Source of the DNA: Eledone cirrhosa
Lineage: Eukaryota
DNA length: 64,000 nucleotides
Assembly: GCA_964016885.1 (NCBI GenBank)
Contig: OZ024742.1
Location: forward strand, 271,808,001 to 271,872,000
Direction of reading: 5' to 3'
In this document: one piece after another, positions 39,440 to 53,636 of the stretch
Layout of the letters: each line of letters starts with the position of its first letter
How positions within the stretch are numbered: position 1 is the first letter of the stretch
Program-made: the position numbers and the translations under genes
The notes under the pieces: model-generated
What the model was told of the DNA's origin: nothing
Database searches by the model: none
What the model saw: only the letters and a program-made list of their open reading frames with translations

Positions 39440-42400
39440 TGATCTCAGTGCCAGACAGCAAATGCACTACCCAAAGAGCCGGGCAACTTTTCATGTACGT
39501 CGAATACCATGCGTAACGCAAGCATGTACTGCGAGATGAACAAATAAAAGTTAATACACAATACCAAATCGCTTTACCTATGGTTAATCAGGAAGCGGGT
39601 CCCTCAGGAATGTGTCAACCTGAGATCGAAAAGTCCTCCTCTGGCACAAACTCGTCTCCAATTATGGTCCTGGATGATCACTTGATTGGGGATTGCCCCA
39701 ACTCGAGCCCTCCTGATCCACCACCCAAACCACCTCAAAAAGAAAAAACCTAAAAGGATGAAATGGACCCGAGAAGAGTATAAAAAAGTAATATATGCAT
39801 ATTACTATGCATTAAGTGAGCCATCACAAGACAGACACATTTTAAACTCCTACAAAATCTGGAAAACTCGGAATCAAGCTAGCAGACGTGATATGGATGG
39901 AAATAAGTTGGCAACTGTAAGGAGGTATACCTTCAGAAATAATAGACTCACAGACACTGAACTAACTACGATCAAACAGGCTGTGGAGAATGACATAAAT
40001 ATAAATGATGAAAGAACTGAAGAATCTCCTGGAGATAGAAACCAGTCACAAGTCTTTACTGAAAGACCCCCATCTGACCAAATCCAAAATAGGTTTGTAG
40101 AAATGAGAAGCCCTATTGAACCCGCTCATAATACCCAGGAGACGGACTTAGAAACAGTAATGGAAAACCAAACATCTGCTGAAGGAGACTATGAATGAAT
40201 TAAAGCAAAAAATACTGAATGAGCTTGCAGTAGTAAGACCTTCTAATATAAATGATAGAGAACCACTTCAAAAACTCCCAGATACAATCCAAAATAGAAA
40301 ACAAATAATGATTGTTAATTCTGTGACAAAAGAAATCATAGAAGAACTAGATCCTGATCTTACTGAGATAATTGAAATCATTTATGCATCTGCTAGTGTA
40401 ATTGAAACAAGTTGTTTACCTCCAAAAAACAAAAAGGTCGAACCTTCGAGGTAAACCAATTTGGAGGAGTAGAATCGAAAAGGAGATTGATGTAATGAGA
40501 GGAGAAATATCTTTATTGAGTGAGTTAACCGCTGGAAATGATATAAAATCCAAGAAGGTAAGAAAACTAAAGACAAAATATGGACTGTCTTCTAGAGAAG
40601 CAATTGTTTCAACAAAAGAATCTCTGAAACAAAAAAGTCCAAGTAAATGTCCAACGAATTCGTAGATTCGAGAAGCGAAACAACTTCTACAGACAAAATA
40701 AGTTGTTCTCATCCAATATCAAGTCATTTTATAGAGAAGTAGGGAAGAAAAAAATAATTATTGAAGATCCCCCGTCCATAGAAGAAGTTGAAAACTTCTG
40801 GAGTAAGATTTGGAGTGATGAGAAGATATATAATGCTAATGCAGATTGGATTAGTCACCTGGAAAAATCCTGCATACATTTAGAAGAACAAGCGTGGGAA
40901 GATATCTATATAGCGGACTTAAGGACAGCACTCAATAAATCTCATAAATGGAAATCTCCTGGTAGAGACAGGGTGCCAAATTTCTGGCTTTCCTCGCTCC
41001 CGTGGACTCACAACATATTGGTCAAGCTGTTTAATGGAATTATGAAAGATCAAAAAAATACACCTGATTGGATAGCAAGTTGCATTACCTACCTTCTACC
41101 AAAGAACAACGAAACCAAAGATCCAAAATCCTATCGGCCCATAACATGCATGTCCACCACTTATAAACTACTAATCTCTATTCTCATGGAAAAAGCATAC
41201 GTGTTTTTGGAGAACAATCTTTTCCCCATTGAACAAAACGGGTTGCGACGATGTTCATATGGTTGCAAAGATCAACCTTTGATTAATCGTATGATCCTTG
41301 AGAACTGCCATAATAAACACAGAAATCTGTTCTGCATGGATCGATTATAAAAAAAGCCTTTGACAGCATACCACACTCATGGATTCTGAAATCACTGGAC
41401 ATCTTCAAAGTCTCACCTGTGATCTCAAACTTCCTGAACCACAATATGTCATTATGGAGCACGAATCTCCAATTGTCTCATTCCACTGGGGTACTGTGCT
41501 CTAGGAATATAAACATCAACTGTGGTATATTCCAGGGTGACTCGCTTTCATCCTTGCTTCTCTGCATAGCTTTAATAGAACAGGGTACAGTTAATTGACA
41601 ACAAAAAAATAAGCCACCTATTTTATATGGATAATTTGAAGCTATATTGGAAAGATAATGACGAACTGGAAGGCCTTTTGCGGACAGCAAAAACGTTTAG
41701 CGATGACATCAGGATAGAGTTTGGACGGGACAAGTGTGCAAAAGCTACTTTCAAGAAGAGGAAGCTTGTCAACCCAGACTCAGTTGAATTTGATGCTGAA
41801 ACAATCATAAAGGAACCTGAGCAGGAACAAACCTATAAATACTTAGGGCTCTGGCGTATAGCATGCAAGCATGAAAGAGAGGATAAGGAAATAATGTTAC
41901 AGGATAGTACGTGCAGTTCTCTGATCAGAACTAAACGCTCGTAACAAGGTGCTAGCCATAAATTATTTGGCAGTCCCAGTTGTCACTTATAGCTTCGGTG
42001 TGTTGAACTGGAATTTGAGTGAAATCAAAAGAATCGACACCAAAGTCCGTAAGCTACTGGTCTGTAATAGGATGCACCACCCAAAAGCAGATGTAGAACA
42101 TCTTTACCTACCTAGAACTGATGGGGGCCTTGACCTGATCCAATTTGAACTTGCTTACAAGACCACCATCATTGGACTGGCCAAATACCTTGAAACAACT
42201 AACGACATTATGCTGAAACTTGTTGAAAAGCATGAGAGAATTAAGAAGCTTCATTCTATCTTGAAGGAGAGCAAACAATATGCTACTGATCTCATGCTTG
42301 AAACCCAGGCTGGTCAGACTAATGAAACCGTTGCAACTGATGCTGCTAGGCACATCAAATCACTGGCAAAAGCAAAAGAGCAAGGACAATTAGCATCAAA

Positions 42401-43392
42401 TTGGGAGTAGAAACCTCTGCATGGCAAATATGTGGCCGTAGCAAACAAGCTGATATTGACCAAAAGCACACCCATCAGTGACTACGTAGTTCAGGGATAA
42501 AGGCAGAGAGTTAAGGCTTCATCTTAGCTGCCCAAGATCAAAGCTTATTGACTCGTAATTACCAGGCCAATGTGATGGAAACGGATTTAACCCAAATTGC
42601 CGATTCTGCAATGCTGGGGTTGAAACAGTGGATCACTTAGTCTCTGGATGTAAAGTTTTAGCACCAGTAGAATACAAATATAGACATGACAGTGTTGGCC
42701 AATATCTATACTGGGTAATGTTAGTATTACAAAATCAAAGCTGAAGACTAGTGGTACAATCATCACCCTGAGGCTGTAACTGAAGGAGAACAAGTAACAC
42801 TTCTCTGGGACTTTCCTGAACTTACTGACAGGACCATAAATGCAAATAGACCTGATATCATTGTAAAAAAAACAACATAATAAGGTATGTTTATTGATAG
42901 ATATGAGCATCCCATGTGATCACAATATCGCGGCAAATGGATTTGACAAGCTACGAAAATGTAAAGATCTGCTTATTGAAATTGAGAAAATGTGGCACCT
43001 CAAGGCCGGTACAATACCAGTGATTGTGGGAGGACTGGGAATGATCAAGAAAGGTAACAGAACAATATTTGCGATGATTTCTGGTTTACCCTCTCTGCAA
43101 GAGCTGCAAAAGATTGTTTTGACTGGTACTGCACACGTATTGAGAAGAGCATTATTTCTGTAAGATTGATATCCCTCCTTGTATTTACATATGCATATGC
43201 ATATGTGTATATATATATATATATATACTCTTTTATTTTGTTTTTTGTTCTATTAATTATAATCAATGTGCTGTATTAACTGGCTTACCGATGCAAAATG
43301 TGAATTTATTTGCCCTAGGTTTCAGGAAGACACTCGGTATATATCTCAGAAACAATGATGAAAGAAAAGAAAAACAATAATAATAATAATAA
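39440..43392 (+). mobile_element. Near full-length R4/Dong-like retrotransposon (third family), degenerate
   Basis: RMKWTREEY N-terminus, WKSPGRD, YRPITC, GIFQGDSLS, YMDNLKLY, NRPDII, LIDMSIP, ends RRALFL at 43163; 3' UTR and (AAT)n. Confidence 0.92.
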
Positions 43393-46300
43393 TGATGATT
43401 TCATTTATTAGCCTTAAGGGCCGACATGTAGGGGACAATAGAAAGACAGGGACAGTGGGGTTTATAATAAGGTCGAGTAAAGGTGCACAATGGCAAGACT
43501 AATTTAACAATGAATATATAAAAAATATGAAATAATCTAAGCATAAATATAACAAAATAAATTCCCTATAGGGGGTGGACGAGCCAGGGGTGACTCAGAT
43601 ACCCCAGGTATCCTGAACCACCCTGCGATTCTAGGGCACCCAGGGAGAGCACCCCTCTCCTCAAGTTAGCTAGCCTATAGGCGCATGGTCAGAGTAGGCA
43701 CATTCACACAGGCCATTCTCGCCACATTCATCCACCTTTCAGCAAATTTATTGGGGGGCAGCACTTCTCCCTCTACCCTCATCTTCCTTTACAGGTTAAA
43801 CTTGAAGAAGTTGATGAGGGATTGGCCGAAGAGAAAAATGTCTGTCTTCAGCAGTTTCAACCTCGTCCACCATACAACCTCTTTCGCTACTGCCGCCAGA
43901 CAGAGGAAAATAGCCTGCTCTTCCCGAACTAAGGAAGGCGGCCGGTCGATCTTCACTATGGACTCGGCCGATAGCCGGATCCGTTCAACACGCGACAGTA
44001 GCTGTTCGACATAACTTCACAAGTCAGTAATTGTTTCTAGTCTTAGCACAAGGCCAGCAATTACCCAGTGTATTACTGGTACTTTATTTTATCAACCCCA
44101 TAAGGATGAAAGGCAAAGTTAACCTCGGCGTGATTTGAACTACTCAGAATGACAAGGGCCGTAACTCTATACGTCAAAGCATGGCGTCCGATCCTCTACC
44201 GTTACTGCCAATCCACCGCACGGACATTGGACAAGTGCGTGCAAACGGTTTCGTCGCTCTGTGCGCATGTTGGGCAGGTCCGTCTGACAGCACTTCCCTG
44301 CTTGTAGAGTTTATCCCGAACCGGCAGGGCCCCCCGGTAGCACTGCCAAGCTAGTGATTTCTGGAAATTGTCCATTTTCCCCGGCTCGAAAGTCCTCCGA
44401 TACAGACTGGTCAGTTTGACTTCGTCGAGAGCTAAAGCTTCTCCGAGTGCGTCATCGCACTTGCCCACCACTAATCCTCTATAGAACTCGAGAGTGGAAG
44501 TTCCACTGATCGCATTGCCCGCTTGGTAAAGGGCAGTGAGTGCCTGGCAACATTCCAGGTGCCAGTCACCCAGTCTCGATCTCTTCTTGACCCAGGACTG
44601 CAGCTCAATGAAAGAAACGAGCTACAGATAGGCCCGACTTATAAACGGCGACCACACTTGTTCACCGTTTAGGCAGAACATCTGGAGATTTCGAAGCCTC
44701 AGTGCATGTCTGCGCATCATTAGCCACGGCATGCCCAGCCCTTCGCGTAGAGGGTGCTGGCAGCAGATAAACTCCTCACCAACGGAACTTGTCCTTTCCA
44801 CAAGAATTTGAAGAGGTGCGGACGGGGGCATGGCACGACGCGGATGGGGGCATAGCACGACGGTCAGGCGGTAGTAGATGACGGACGCGATGTGCGCATT
44901 CGCTACCTCCGCGCGACCTTTCAGTGATAGCTTCCTCCTAGCCCATTTTTGGGTGAGACTGGTTAATCTGCTCGTTACCTCGTCCCAATTCTTTTCCACC
45001 TGGACGTCTGGTCCGAAACAAACCCCGAGCAACTTTACCGGTCCGTCCGTCCAGCGCCCCACGACGCTGTTGGACGGCATAGGCTTGTCTCTCCAGTTTC
45101 CGAGCTACAAGCCCACCGACTTTTGCGGGTTAAGTTTGGCTCCTATAAAGCTTTCATATTCCTTCAATAAGGTGCCGACCACCTAGATTTCTGTGTGTCC
45201 GACACCATCACGGTGATGTCGTCCGCATAAGCCGAAGCCGCCTTTCCACGTCCCGGTTCGAGTGGGATGCCCTGCAACAGCTCCAGCTTCCGTATTAAAG
45301 GCTCGAGAGTCAATACGTACAGAATGGAAGAGGGAGGGCACCCTTGACGGACCGGCCGGGAGAGCCGAAATGGTTCCGAGAGGTGGCCATTAACTTTGAC
45401 CACAAAGCATGTGCCGCTGTGCATTGCAGCGATCCAGATTCTGTGATGGATCGCATGAGGTGGAAATTGTCGTGTATGGACCTGGCTGGGATTGCACAAG
45501 TTTGCGCCTCCCCAACAAAATCCTCGACGACAAGCGCCAATCAATTTGCTAACACCTTCGCCAAAATCTTAAACTCTGTATTGAGCTGAGTTATGGGCCT
45601 GAAGTTGTGTAATGTATCCCTCTTGTTCTCGTATTTCCTTATCAGCGTCACCACTCCCCTGCTCACAGAACTGAGTATACTCCCATTCTGCTGCCAATTG
45701 CAGTAGAGTGATTCGAGGAGATCGGAGAAGAAGTCTGGCATATTTACGTAAAGCTCATAGGGCCGACCATCCAAACCGGGTGACTTGCGCCTCATGCAGC
45801 CGAAAAGAGCTTCCTGAATTTCGGCTGCAATAATCGGCCTTTCGCAGCGCTCAGCGTCGACCGTCGAGATGCGCGGCAATCCGTCAATGTAGGGACTAAA
45901 ATCTGCTACTCTCTCTGACACGCCACTTCCCCCGAACAACCGTGTATAGTGCTGGCTAATGACCTCACATTTCCGCTTGGAATCGCTTATCTCTTGTCCG
46001 TCTAGGTCCCCCGCCTAAGACCAAATTGTCGTTTAATTACCACGCTCGCCTCCGCCACGCGGGCCCATCGAACAGCTTTGATTCCCTCGTTTCTCAGCGC
46101 ACGCGCCTTAGCTCTGACTATGTAACCTTCGTGTTTCCGCATTGAGGAAATGGTCTAATACAATTCTCGCCGCTAGCATGTCAGTTGCAATGCCACTACA
46201 AATAGACTCGTCTAACTTATCTACCAGCTCCCCGTCCGTTCTATTTTTCTCTAACGCTAGTTCTTTGCTGAACTCTGTCGAAGTTACTCTAATCTCTATT

Positions 46301-47130
46301 TTGAGAGCCCCCCTACCATCTGTTGTTGATGATCCCACCTGTCAACTTCTGCTTAACTAAACTGTTGACTCGGTCCCTGAAATGACATGTTCAGCTCCCA
46401 GTAACCCGGTCCCAACCTACGCGTTTTATCTAGGTCGACGAAACAGATCACAAATTTGTGATCTGAATAGGTGACCGTTTTAAAGATTGGGCAGTCTACA
46501 CTATTACTATCTATTTTCCTAATGAAGATCCTGTCTATATACGATCTAGATGACCCTATGTCGACATCCACACTGGCGTATTGGGGAAATCTAGTCGATA
46601 CCTGTCAGACAGTCGGAACTGGCTGATTAGGTGTTTGAGGCTTTGCACCCCCCGCTCCTATCAGCTACTCCCACACAATCTCAGCGTGCATCTAAGATGC
46701 CGTTCCAGTCCCCCGCTAACAGTAGAGGGCGAGACGTACCCAGAAAGGTTTCCAGGCGCTAAAAGAAGTCCGGTGGTCCGGCCCCAGTAGGGGCATAGAC
46801 GGCCAGCAGTCTAAATGCACCACCTTCGCTACTGCTCACATCGAGGACCACCTACTTACCGTACGGGTCCCGGAAGATCGACCTTACCTCGAGATCTAGA
46901 CCTTTCCTAAACAGCACTGCCACACCACCTCCCATTCCCGGACTGCTAACAGATGCGAAGATATGATAGTCATCGAAAATGGAGGCTTGTGCGCGCGTGT
47001 CGAAAATCCTGGTCTCGCTGACGGCAATCACATCCATTTCCAGAGGCCTGAGGTCGTTGTGCAGGCGACCCTGCTTCCAGGGTGACCCCAGGCTGCGAAC
47101 ATTTAAACTTCCTACTATTAATATGGCCAT
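43393..47130 (-). mobile_element. Tx1-like LINE ORF2 + 3' UTR (second Tx1 subfamily), lacking ORF1, degenerate
   Basis: LNVRSLG, SDHKFV, KSPGLDG, FRPITQLN, VRQGCP, YADD, CPTC; tail aataaatgaaatcatcatt(att)n. Confidence 0.92.
44028..44219 (-). mobile_element. Full-length Nin-domain SINE nested in the Tx1 zinc-finger region
   Basis: Reverse complement of the 10685-10872 family; Tx1 sequence resumes on both sides. Confidence 0.9.
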
Positions 47131-48891
47131 GTTGACGTCTCAATGGCAGAGAAAGGTGGAATTAGGGTTCTCTTTGGCGTAATACCTATATATAATGCCA
47201 TCTGTTTGAACCAGACTCAGTATGAACACTTCCCCATAGTAGTATTAGTATAGTAAATGTTGGTCTTATGGACATATCCTACGTTAAACTGGGATTTAAT
47301 AGCATATGGTATGGTCCACTTGGCGGCCTAGGGAGTCTAACAATAATATAGCTCATTAATGATACGAATCTTATTGACACAGTGTGGTAACTCACTTGAA
47401 AACAGATGACGTGATAGAGTAGTCCCCCTTTCTCTGTCATTGAGACGTCATTAACTAGTGACTGAAAAGAGTAATACTCCGTATGTGTCTTTTATGTCAT
47501 GAATTGGTGTGTATATACCTATCGTCATTGTGACGAACTGTGAAGTGGCGGTGTTTATTTTTGCGGAGTCGGATTCTTGGATTGTTGCGGAGTACGGGAG
47601 CTGCCTTGTATGACTAGTGTATACCTGCATGTGTACGACCTCAATTGACAGACATGCTGTTGTGCCTGGTGGAATTAGGGATCTGATCTGAGCACTTTTA
47701 TGTGATGTTCTGTGTTACTTATTGATCCATGTGCTGCACGTGAGGGGTCAACGGGCAATTACTGCTGCATGTAATCAGGCAATATTTGGACGCGGTTTCA
47801 ATTGGAATGCGGAGTGTGTTACATATAATCTTAGGAGGATTTGGAGTTATAACTTGGACATGTAACACATCTCAATCTGGAGTTTCGAGCGTATGAGGTT
47901 TTGGATGTGTAAAATCAGCTTGTAACACATAGTACCATATGTGCTGGTATGTATTGGTGAACATATGAATACCATCTACGGACGATCTTCATTTGTTTTG
48001 ACCTCTAGCCGACCGGATTACCATCTACGCGTGATCCACATGTGTTATGACATCTCACCACATATGCCTTAACAGTGACTAAAGCATGTGTGTTGTGCTT
48101 TGATTGCTTCAGATTGCTTTGATTGCTCCAGCTTGTTTATGTATTAACCCCGCTTTGTCTGTGTTTGGCTCAGATCGGTGTGGTGCCTGTCCATGTGCAA
48201 AGTTTAACACCTCTTGTCCACACAGCTCCAGAACCTACTGCTATATCCTGTTTGCGCATACTATGGGGTGCGGGGGATAAAATCCCCTTTAGACCTTCTG
48301 AAGATACGTTATGGATCTTATTGTATTCCATGACTCTAAGGCATGGGAAACTATATCACCTGTCTTTTATAGTAACTATTGCATACCCTCCTTTGTTGAT
48401 TCTTCATATGCGTCAATTTATTTTTTCCTTTCCCCATTTGTTTAATTACTATTATGTATTTTTTTAATTATTTTTAAATATCTGAACATTTTTGAAAATA
48501 TTTTTACTTATATTTTTGTAATTTTTAAATGTTTTAATTCCTTTAAAATTTTATTTAAAGTTTTTTTAATTATTTTTAATTATTTCCAATTATTTTAAAT
48601 TATTTTTAAATTATTTTTCTTAACATCTTTGTTTTATATATTTTTCTAATTATCTTTAAGTGCTTAAGATTGCTTTTTTTATGCCTTCACATGCCTCAGT
48701 CTCTTGTGTGAAAATCTGCCTGTGTTATTGTATTATCATGGTTTGTTATAATGTTGACTCATAAACCGAGAACGCATTCTCTCCATCGTTCTCATATCCA
48801 ATCCCCCTCATGCTATCCTGTACTGTTTCTCTACTGTTCTGGTAACTAGGCTTGGTAGAACTTATAATCAGCACTATATTTTTATTGATTA

Positions 48892-48938
48892 CGCTCTGAG
48901 GATACCTGCCCCACGGTATGGTTGAAATATTGTTAGCG
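48892..48938 (+). ncRNA. Type-I hammerhead-like motif in a PLE pseudo-LTR-like end
   Basis: CGCT-CTGAGGA-t-acc tgcc ccac ggta tggt-t-GAAAT-ATT-GTT-AGCG; downstream ttctttgatt..tataac..tacattgagcta resembles 4917-4980. Confidence 0.65.
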
Positions 48939-49100
48939 AATAAATATTGTATAAGTATTTAGGCGTTCTTTGATTTATTTTATCTATAACGGCTGTTTCG
49001 TACATTGAGCTAATACGATACTGTCACAAATATGACACTGTGTAGATGTGCTTATATACATATGATCCGTTATCTACGTAAATAATATATATGTATATCT

Positions 49101-49432
<332 letters not shown>

Positions 49433-49786
49433 AATATAGGATTGAATGCATTTTCATAGACATGTATTAAAAATAGAACAGGGTGCATATGTGTGCATGT
49501 CTTGGCTTTAATAAGGTTTCTTTATCCATTGTCAATGTTTCAGCCACATCTTCACAAAGACAATTGTTGTTAAAATCCGAAGCTGAACATTCATGAATGC
49601 ATCTATTATATTCGCCATATAAGTACAATCTATTATAGGCTTACCTATTATTACAATAAAAGTTAATTTGAACAAACGATACACTTCAACACATCAAATC
49701 AAGAAATGAAAATAAGATAACATTTAGCGTTAGACAATATCTTCACAGCGTACTAATTCCTAATCTGTGTTCGTAATACATATGGC

Positions 49787-49878
<92 letters not shown>

Positions 49879-50949
49879 AACTAAATTCGTGGCTATCACA
49901 AACTTATGTCATGAATAAGATTAATGATAAGGAAGATAATGAACATACAAATAACATTGTTAGCTTGGTTGAAATGTCGTAACAGTGTGTTATCTTAATA
50001 TTGATTTTCTGTTATTAGAACCAAACATGAAATTGTGTATTTTAGAAAATAAGTCATGAGTATAAAAGAGCTTCAAAAGCTGTGTTCTTATGAAAAAAAG
50101 ATAGGGAATAATAGAAATGGTAGCAGCAGTTTGGTTTGTACTAGATTATTTTCTTGATGAAATGTGAAAAACAACTTAAGTTAATGCTAGCTTTGTGAAA
50201 ATATAGGATACGTGTTATAAGAGAATACGCTTATTTTCGATTTGGGGCAGTATTGGGTTATATAATTATTTGAGCTGTGAAAGCAATTAGATGTTTTGAA
50301 AAGTTGAATATAACAGAAGTGCTTTAATAATGCCTAAATAAGGGTTTAGAAATAAAGTATAATAATAGTGTACATCAATGTGAATCGTATACAAAATACA
50401 AGTCTGGCAAAACTTGTATGAAATTATGTGCAAACTAATAGAACGAACATGGATCGATCAAACGGAAATACATGTCTATGTGCATGTTTGTGGGTTTATA
50501 AGGTTGAGAGTCGGTGTGTATGTGTGTGTATGTGCGTGCATGTGTGTGCACTTGTGTATGTATTCATTAGCAGCAGTACTCTGTTTCGTTCGGGTCAAAA
50601 AGAGACAAAAGAAATCATGGTCTGACACCATTAAACACCACGGACCGTCTACGAGGCCGAACAATGGAGAGATGTGACTATTGCTGACTGCAAAATGTCT
50701 TACAGTGGAGCACCAGCGACAGACTGTGTGTGCTTAGTGTAGATGTTGATAACAATGATCACGATGATGACGTATGAATGATGACAAGCATATATATATA
50801 TATATTCATACATTCATACATTGGTGTGTTCGTGTGTATGTGCCAATGAATATGTCATAATTTTGTTCTGTTTGTCAACATGCATACGCCAGCATCATCG
50901 TCATTGTTATCAACATATTCACCAAGCACCCGCAGCAAATCGCTGGTGC

Positions 50950-52250
50950 TCTATGTCGTCTTGAACTTGACTGCCTGTCTGAACAGTGTCCTGGTGATGG
51001 TGAGGTCGTTCTCGGCGCAGAAATTCACAAGTATGAAGCCGTTAGAGTTCAGCTTCCCTGTGCCGTGAGGTCCCAGCACGCCTCTCCAGGTGTTGCCGTC
51101 AGACCCGACTCTTGCGTTGAAGTCTCCCAGAAGGATGAGTTTATCGATTGGGAGTACCCCCTTCACGAGTGCGTTGAGTTCCCCGGAGAAAGCGTCCTTG
51201 GCTTCATCGTTGCTGGTGAGAGTGTCATGCCGAGATGGGTCGAGGGGGAAGCGGTGCTTCATCAGCCGCTCACTCACAGGTTTTGGGATGCCTGGTAGCT
51301 GCTATGTAGATTCGGTAGCGAGCTAATTACCTTGCTAGTTCTTCTCTCTGGTCTTAAGGAGGTTTCCCTATCCATGAGGGTGCGCACATTACAAGCGCCA
51401 TGAATCAAGTTCTTCTTTCTATTATGTTGGTTTCGACTGCTTGCAAGGGTAAAACCGCCAGCCGCGGTAGACTGGCAGGCCTTGTGTGGGACCAGCATTT
51501 GATTAGGGCTTCTTTTATCGTCCCTCCCCTCGTCCGAGGGTGAGCAGTGTACTCCTGAAAAGGGCTGCTCAGTCGCCCGGTGGAATGCCTGATCTCCTCT
51601 GTCATCCCAGGGTCAGGGGGAGAACGACGATCGCATCGAGGCCGCCCACGTTGAGTTTGATACTGGCAACTCCCAAAAGTTACCTCCACCTGTTACCTCC
51701 GCCTCTCGCCCTTCGCCGCAGGGCTTTTTTATGTGCACGCTAAAGAAGAACATGTGTGGGAAAGGTTTATAGTGGGAGGGCCAGTGCACAGTGACGGTCC
51801 CACTCACTCGGCCGCAGAAGCCAGGATCCGGTGGTACGGAGGACCGTCACGACCAGGGACTTCCTTGGCTGCAGTGGATGGCCACGACGTCTGTAGTGCC
51901 TTGCCGTGCCCTAGCACTACACACCGCTTGCTGTCACCGCCTTCGTGAGAGTTGGGACCATGTTGTCCTGCTCCACTCACTCCGCCGGCTTCAGTCTTCG
52001 CATGCGGGGGAAGGTATCCTTTATCTAACTCATCGGAGGATTTCACACCCGTCCGGCTACCCTCAACGTGGTCAAGCCCACCAGCCAAGGCGGTTTAACA
52101 GGGTATGTGTGGCCGCTATCGCATGCTACAGCTTCTTGGGGCCACAGGTGAGAGCTGAGTGTCAGGAGGGACCCAATCCAGGTCGAGCTGTCGTGAAAGG
52201 GACATGGCTCCCTCCCTACAGAGGTGCATACCCCTCCCTGACACCCCAGG
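50950..52250 (-). mobile_element. RTE-clade LINE 5' portion (GC-rich 5' UTR + APE endonuclease remnant)
   Basis: GACNVRTLMD, DKLILLGDFNARVG, LNSNG.ILVNFCAENDLTIT.TLF..KFKTT. Confidence 0.82.
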
Positions 52251-52527
52251 CATACACACACGTACATACATACACATACATATGTACATGTGTATATACA
52301 TATTTACACATTTTTAGAAGGCCGATGACTCTTATCAGTTCTTCCGCACTTTGTCAGGTTTTGTTTTTTGTCCTGCAGGGTGTCCAAAACAAAATCACAC
52401 TCTTCACCAAGTAAACTTGGTGGGGTTGCCAGTTTCGTCGCCGACGGCCCGACCATGCGACATTTGTACTAGTGTCCATGTTACCAGTAGCACTCAAGAG
52501 TGAGCTGACATATTGTTAAATACATAC

Positions 52528-52651
<124 letters not shown>

Positions 52652-52854
52652 ATGTATATATATAAAAACAAGATGGTGTAGGAAAGATCAAAGGAGAGGC
52701 AGAAACACAAAGAAAAGTATCCCCAGTCACTAAAGAGGTCACAGAATGTGTGATGAAAGAAGTTTGACAATATATAAACAATCAATAATAAGTTGAAGTG
52801 AAAGCAACTGGTACGTGTGTTTCTTATTGGAAACACGATCCTCCCAAAGTATAG

Positions 52855-52922
<68 letters not shown>

Positions 52923-53636
52923 TTAAAATAACAGATTAAAGTTTAACCAAATAATCGCTGCTTTTACCCTTAGCGGGATCTTCTGAAACTAACAAAGTCA
53001 ATCTGTGAACGCAGAAGTGAATATTTCAATAAACGTTGCAACCGGAGGAAGACAGGAAGATGATACGTTGGTTCGTGGAAACGTTCCCTGGCAAAGAACG
53101 GGGAAAAACGAATATAATACGTCATTATTTGGAGCAGTGAAAAACAATTACACGCAAAGATAAAACCACGTTAATGGTATAAAAGAAGTCGTAGACTAAT
53201 ATTCTATTAGATATAGGCATCGGTCTTTTTTTTTTGTGAGTCGGCGTATGTGTGTAATTTGGTGTAATTCGTAGGGCGGCTATGAAGGTGTGTATTTACC
53301 GATATTCATGTGCGTGTTTACGTGAGTGCGCAAGCAATTTGGAATTCGTTTGTATGTAAGTGCACGTGTGTCGGCGCGTTTTGAAATGTGTATTGGTCAG
53401 TCAAAGCCTTGCTTTGGTGTACACAGGAAGCAGGTTTTTGAGGGATGTGTCAGGCTTGGACGACGCGATGCTAGTTTATCGTGTCGGTAAAGACATTTAC
53501 TGTGTTTGTCAAATAATGAAAAAAAAGGGATTGTCTGGTTGAGAATAATATTGATAGGAAGAAATAATTGTAGGATGTAGAAGTTCAACAACATAGACAG
53601 GCAGCCATTGACGTACAGACGCGCACAGACATCTAT

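Noticed and set aside
39440-39545. HDV-like ribozyme at the 5' end of the R4/Dong element
   Set aside because: Hairpins are present, but I could not assemble the P1/P1.1/P2/P3 double pseudoknot
52955-52990. Possible hammerhead on the minus strand (CAGAAGA-tccc gctaa ggg-tAAAA)
   Set aside because: Both core boxes are mutated and there is no stem I or cleavage triplet
53010-53163. Short open frame EVNISINVATGGRQEDD... as a possible host exon
   Set aside because: No recognisable domain or convincing splice context; needs RNA-seq
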